Origin: Candidatus Methanomethylophilaceae archaeon
GTDB lineage: Bacteria > Bacteroidota > Bacteroidia > Bacteroidales > UBA932
DNA: 47,138 nt
NCBI GenBank assembly: GCA_963617915.1
Contig: CAVERO010000001.1
Coordinates: 1 to 47,138, forward strand
Direction of reading: 5' to 3'
Shown in pieces: positions 44,895 to 47,138 of the stretch. The notes under the pieces are model-generated. The model was given only the letters and a program-made list of their open reading frames with translations. It had not been told where the DNA came from and made no database searches. Made by a program: the position numbers and the translations under genes. The stretch's first letter is position 1; every line of letters starts with the position of its first letter.

Positions 44895-45968
44895 TTATTG
44901 CTCCGTCAGCTTTTCAACTTCCAGAAGATAGAAGAATGCTTCGAGGCTGATTTTCTTGATGCGATTCAACTTGTTGAGCGACAGGTTCTGGATCATGCTT
45001 CCGGCAAGTTCTTCATTTTGCTCCGTTGAATAATGCTTGACCTGATTATTTCCGGTCTGGATCATCTTTACCAGATAGGCAACCTTGGCAGCATCACGGA
45101 TGGCGATATCGGCATTGTAATTCTCCGGGATGATGAACGAGTTGACGCTGCGGGCACCTTTTGCATAATAGCCATATTCCGTTTGATTCAGAACTCCACG
45201 AAGGCAGATATTCATGGCGCAATTGAATGTGTCTTCAAGAACATGGGCTTCTGAAAGCTGGTCCAGTTTGCGGTATCCTAATTCGATGGGGACTATCTGG
45301 CTGTAGGTCTTTCTGACTTCCGAGAGGTCATCCACTCTGTCAAGGATGGAACTTACGTCATAGAGTTGCTTCATGATTTCCATGAAGAATTCGTCTTCGC
45401 CTTTGAAGAATGGAATACCGGTGGTGTGCGGTGCGAATGCGGTCAATTTGTCACCCAGCATATCCTTCAGACTGGGGCACTGAACCATAACAGGCTCACC
45501 GTTCGGCACCAGGAGCGGGCTCTTGATAGGAACCGGCACCACCTCGCTGTAGTGAATATCTTCATACAGTACATCCAGAAGAATCTTGTCCGTAGGACGT
45601 CCGGAAGGGTAAGTGACTGCATAATGATATTCGGCGTGAGACTTCGGAACGCCGGTTCTGGATATCCGCTCAATCTCATTAACATCAAGAAAGCCATATT
45701 CCGGGCCATATTTTCCCAGATATGCTTTGATATCCAGTCCGGGAGGACATACGATATCCACGTCTATGGACAGTCGTCTGGAAGTATCCAGATGCAGCAT
45801 AAGAGCCGTGCCACCTTTAAAGATGAAGGGACAGCCAGACCGGACGAGAGATTCCAGCAGCGAAAGGGCGCGTATGGCCTTTTCAACAAGAGAAGTATCA
45901 GCTATATTCGGTATTTGACTACTGGCTTGTTCAATCCTTTCCAGGCTACGACTTCGCGGGTCAATCAT
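44895..45968 (-). CDS. AbiEii-type nucleotidyltransferase toxin (type IV TA)
   Basis: FKGGTAL...RRLSIDVD, GDKLTAF and KQLYDV motifs. Confidence 0.92.
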   Translation of the reverse strand: MIDPRSRSLERIEQASSQIPNIADTSLVEKAIRALSLLESLVRSGCPFIFKGGTALMLHLDTSRRLSIDVDIVCPPGLDIKAYLGKYGPEYGFLDVNEIERISRTGVPKSHAEYHYAVTYPSGRPTDKILLDVLYEDIHYSEVVPVPIKSPLLVPNGEPVMVQCPSLKDMLGDKLTAFAPHTTGIPFFKGEDEFFMEIMKQLYDVSSILDRVDDLSEVRKTYSQIVPIELGYRKLDQLSEAHVLEDTFNCAMNICLRGVLNQTEYGYYAKGARSVNSFIIPENYNADIAIRDAAKVAYLVKMIQTGNNQVKHYSTEQNEELAGSMIQNLSLNKLNRIKKISLEAFFYLLEVEKLTEQ

Positions 45969-46698
45969 GGTCAGGAGGTGTTATGCGGTCAAGGAGATGC
46001 TGTATCTTGTCTTCGCCGTAGCGGCGTCTTGCATAGCGGAGAAGACGACTGCGGGATATGTCAAAATCATTGAATGCCTCTTGGTAAATGCGCGGGAGCT
46101 CACTGCCCTGGAGGAACTCAAATTCGGGGTTCAGGACGATGTCCACCAACATTTTCTCTGCTGTTGGCACTGGCATTCCTTCAAATGTATCAATGGGTGC
46201 TTCCGTAGTAAGTGTATGGAGGACGATGCAATCTCTCGTGCTTCCAAACTTAATGAATTCTTCCTTGGTTGGGTTCGGCAGGACCATCATGCTGGGGTAT
46301 CGTTCGCGAATGGCGTCTGGGAAGGATTGCTCCAAAATGCGCTCTACGTCAACTATGACCATTTTGATATTGGGGACATGGAGCATGAAGGGAATGACAC
46401 TGGCCGCATCCCAAATGCAGAAATCCGCGAGCGGATAACTGGTTTTCAGATACTCGGCCATTCCCTTCGTCTCTGGCTTCAAAGAAAGCTGTAGTTTAGG
46501 CTTCGTGCCCTCTCCCAGTTGATATTCACCCCAGCCGGTTTTGATGAGGCGGCCGGAGGCAACCAGACGATCCAGCTGTGTTTGTAATCCCAGAGTGACG
46601 GTAATGCCAATACCGTCCAACCAGGAAGCAAGCTCCTTCTTTCGGAAGGGGCCTCGCTGCAGGGCTGCATAGTAGATGATATGGTCTGTAATAGTCAT
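45961..46698 (-). CDS. AbiEi-like antitoxin (wHTH plus C-terminal domain)
   Basis: LVASGRLIKTGWGEY, PTAEKMLVD and LLRYARRR motifs; overlaps the toxin start; likely ATG at 46698. Confidence 0.85.
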   Translation of the reverse strand: MTITDHIIYYAALQRGPFRKKELASWLDGIGITVTLGLQTQLDRLVASGRLIKTGWGEYQLGEGTKPKLQLSLKPETKGMAEYLKTSYPLADFCIWDAASVIPFMLHVPNIKMVIVDVERILEQSFPDAIRERYPSMMVLPNPTKEEFIKFGSTRDCIVLHTLTTEAPIDTFEGMPVPTAEKMLVDIVLNPEFEFLQGSELPRIYQEAFNDFDISRSRLLRYARRRYGEDKIQHLLDRITPPDHD

Positions 46699-46717
46699 TC
46701 TCTTAAAATGAGCAACA

Positions 46718-46767
46718 CAAAAGTAACACATTTTTGGCAATAAACACTATTTTCCTGCCAAAATTGT
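46718..46767 (-). promoter_or_regulatory. AbiE promoter (-7 TACTTTTG) with inverted-repeat operator candidate
   Basis: Plus-strand ACATTTTTGGCA...TGCCAAAATTGT inverted repeat next to the -7 element. Confidence 0.6.
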
Positions 46768-46928
46768 ATAACTTATTTCGTACCCCAAATAGAAGTTCTT
46801 ACATACTCATCGCATCTTCGTTATTCCGCATGAAGGTTGACAGCGGCTGTCTTTTCGTGAATGGGCTTGGCCCATAAGCCGCGCGCACCCTCCGCGTCAT
46901 CGTTGAAAGGGGGAATATTATGTTCTTC

Positions 46929-47009
46929 CCCAAACAGAAAATCATTTGAACAATCGGCGCTTGAATATCCTCACGGCCAGAAGCAGCATCTTCTCGGCGG
47001 GCAGGAACG
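46929..47009. repeat. 81-bp direct repeat, copy 2
   Basis: Matches 44668-44748. Confidence 0.95.
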
Positions 47010-47085
47010 ATGATGCAAGTTATTTTCACTCGATTTGGCGCATTATGGATTACTCAAGTTTCGCATGCGCGAAACACCTTACTTC

Positions 47086-47138
47086 CCGTCACGGCAGTGA
47101 CGGAGCAAGTCCCTCCCCCGAGGGGAGGGATTTAGGGA
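47086..47138. repeat. REP-like hairpins at the window end
   Basis: CCGTCAC-ggca-GTGACGG and TCCCTCCCC-cga-GGGGAGGGA-TTTAGGGA. Confidence 0.6.

Noticed and set aside
46799..47029. 76-aa ORF across repeat copy 2
   Set aside because: No recognisable motif; it spans the 81-bp repeat and is probably spurious.

Overview
Chromosomal window from a GC-rich Bacteroidales-type genome, inferred from a SusC/SusD pair, type V pilus genes and TAnnTTTG promoters. Housekeeping genes: prmC, ddl, PBP1A, topA, an AsnC regulator, ispD, mreBCD-mrdA-rodA, metX, ispF, a stand-alone sdhC, a TrpB2-like enzyme, aminopeptidase P and three tRNAs (Leu-TAA, Gln-CTG, Met-CAT). Accessory genes: a GH9-deacetylase fusion, a GH29, an SSS transporter, a six-gene type V pilus operon, susC/susD and three toxin-antitoxin modules (HigBA, VapBC, AbiE-type). 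The most striking unexplained signal is non-coding. Four ~156-163 bp rod-like palindromic elements carry 3-bp TNA target duplications, and three shorter derivatives also occur. Their termini vary between copies, but the centre is a conserved GGAG-[covarying hairpin]-YGACYGA core resembling the enterobacterial ERIC core. Copies sit between promoter and start codon, supply the topA stop codon and bracket higBA. Two further palindrome/REP families are inserted in frame in proteins. The AbiE module lies between 81-bp direct repeats. The pilus tip gene has a DGR-target-like C-terminus and an AT-rich mosaic patch. No transposase, integrase, reverse transcriptase or CRISPR array was seen.
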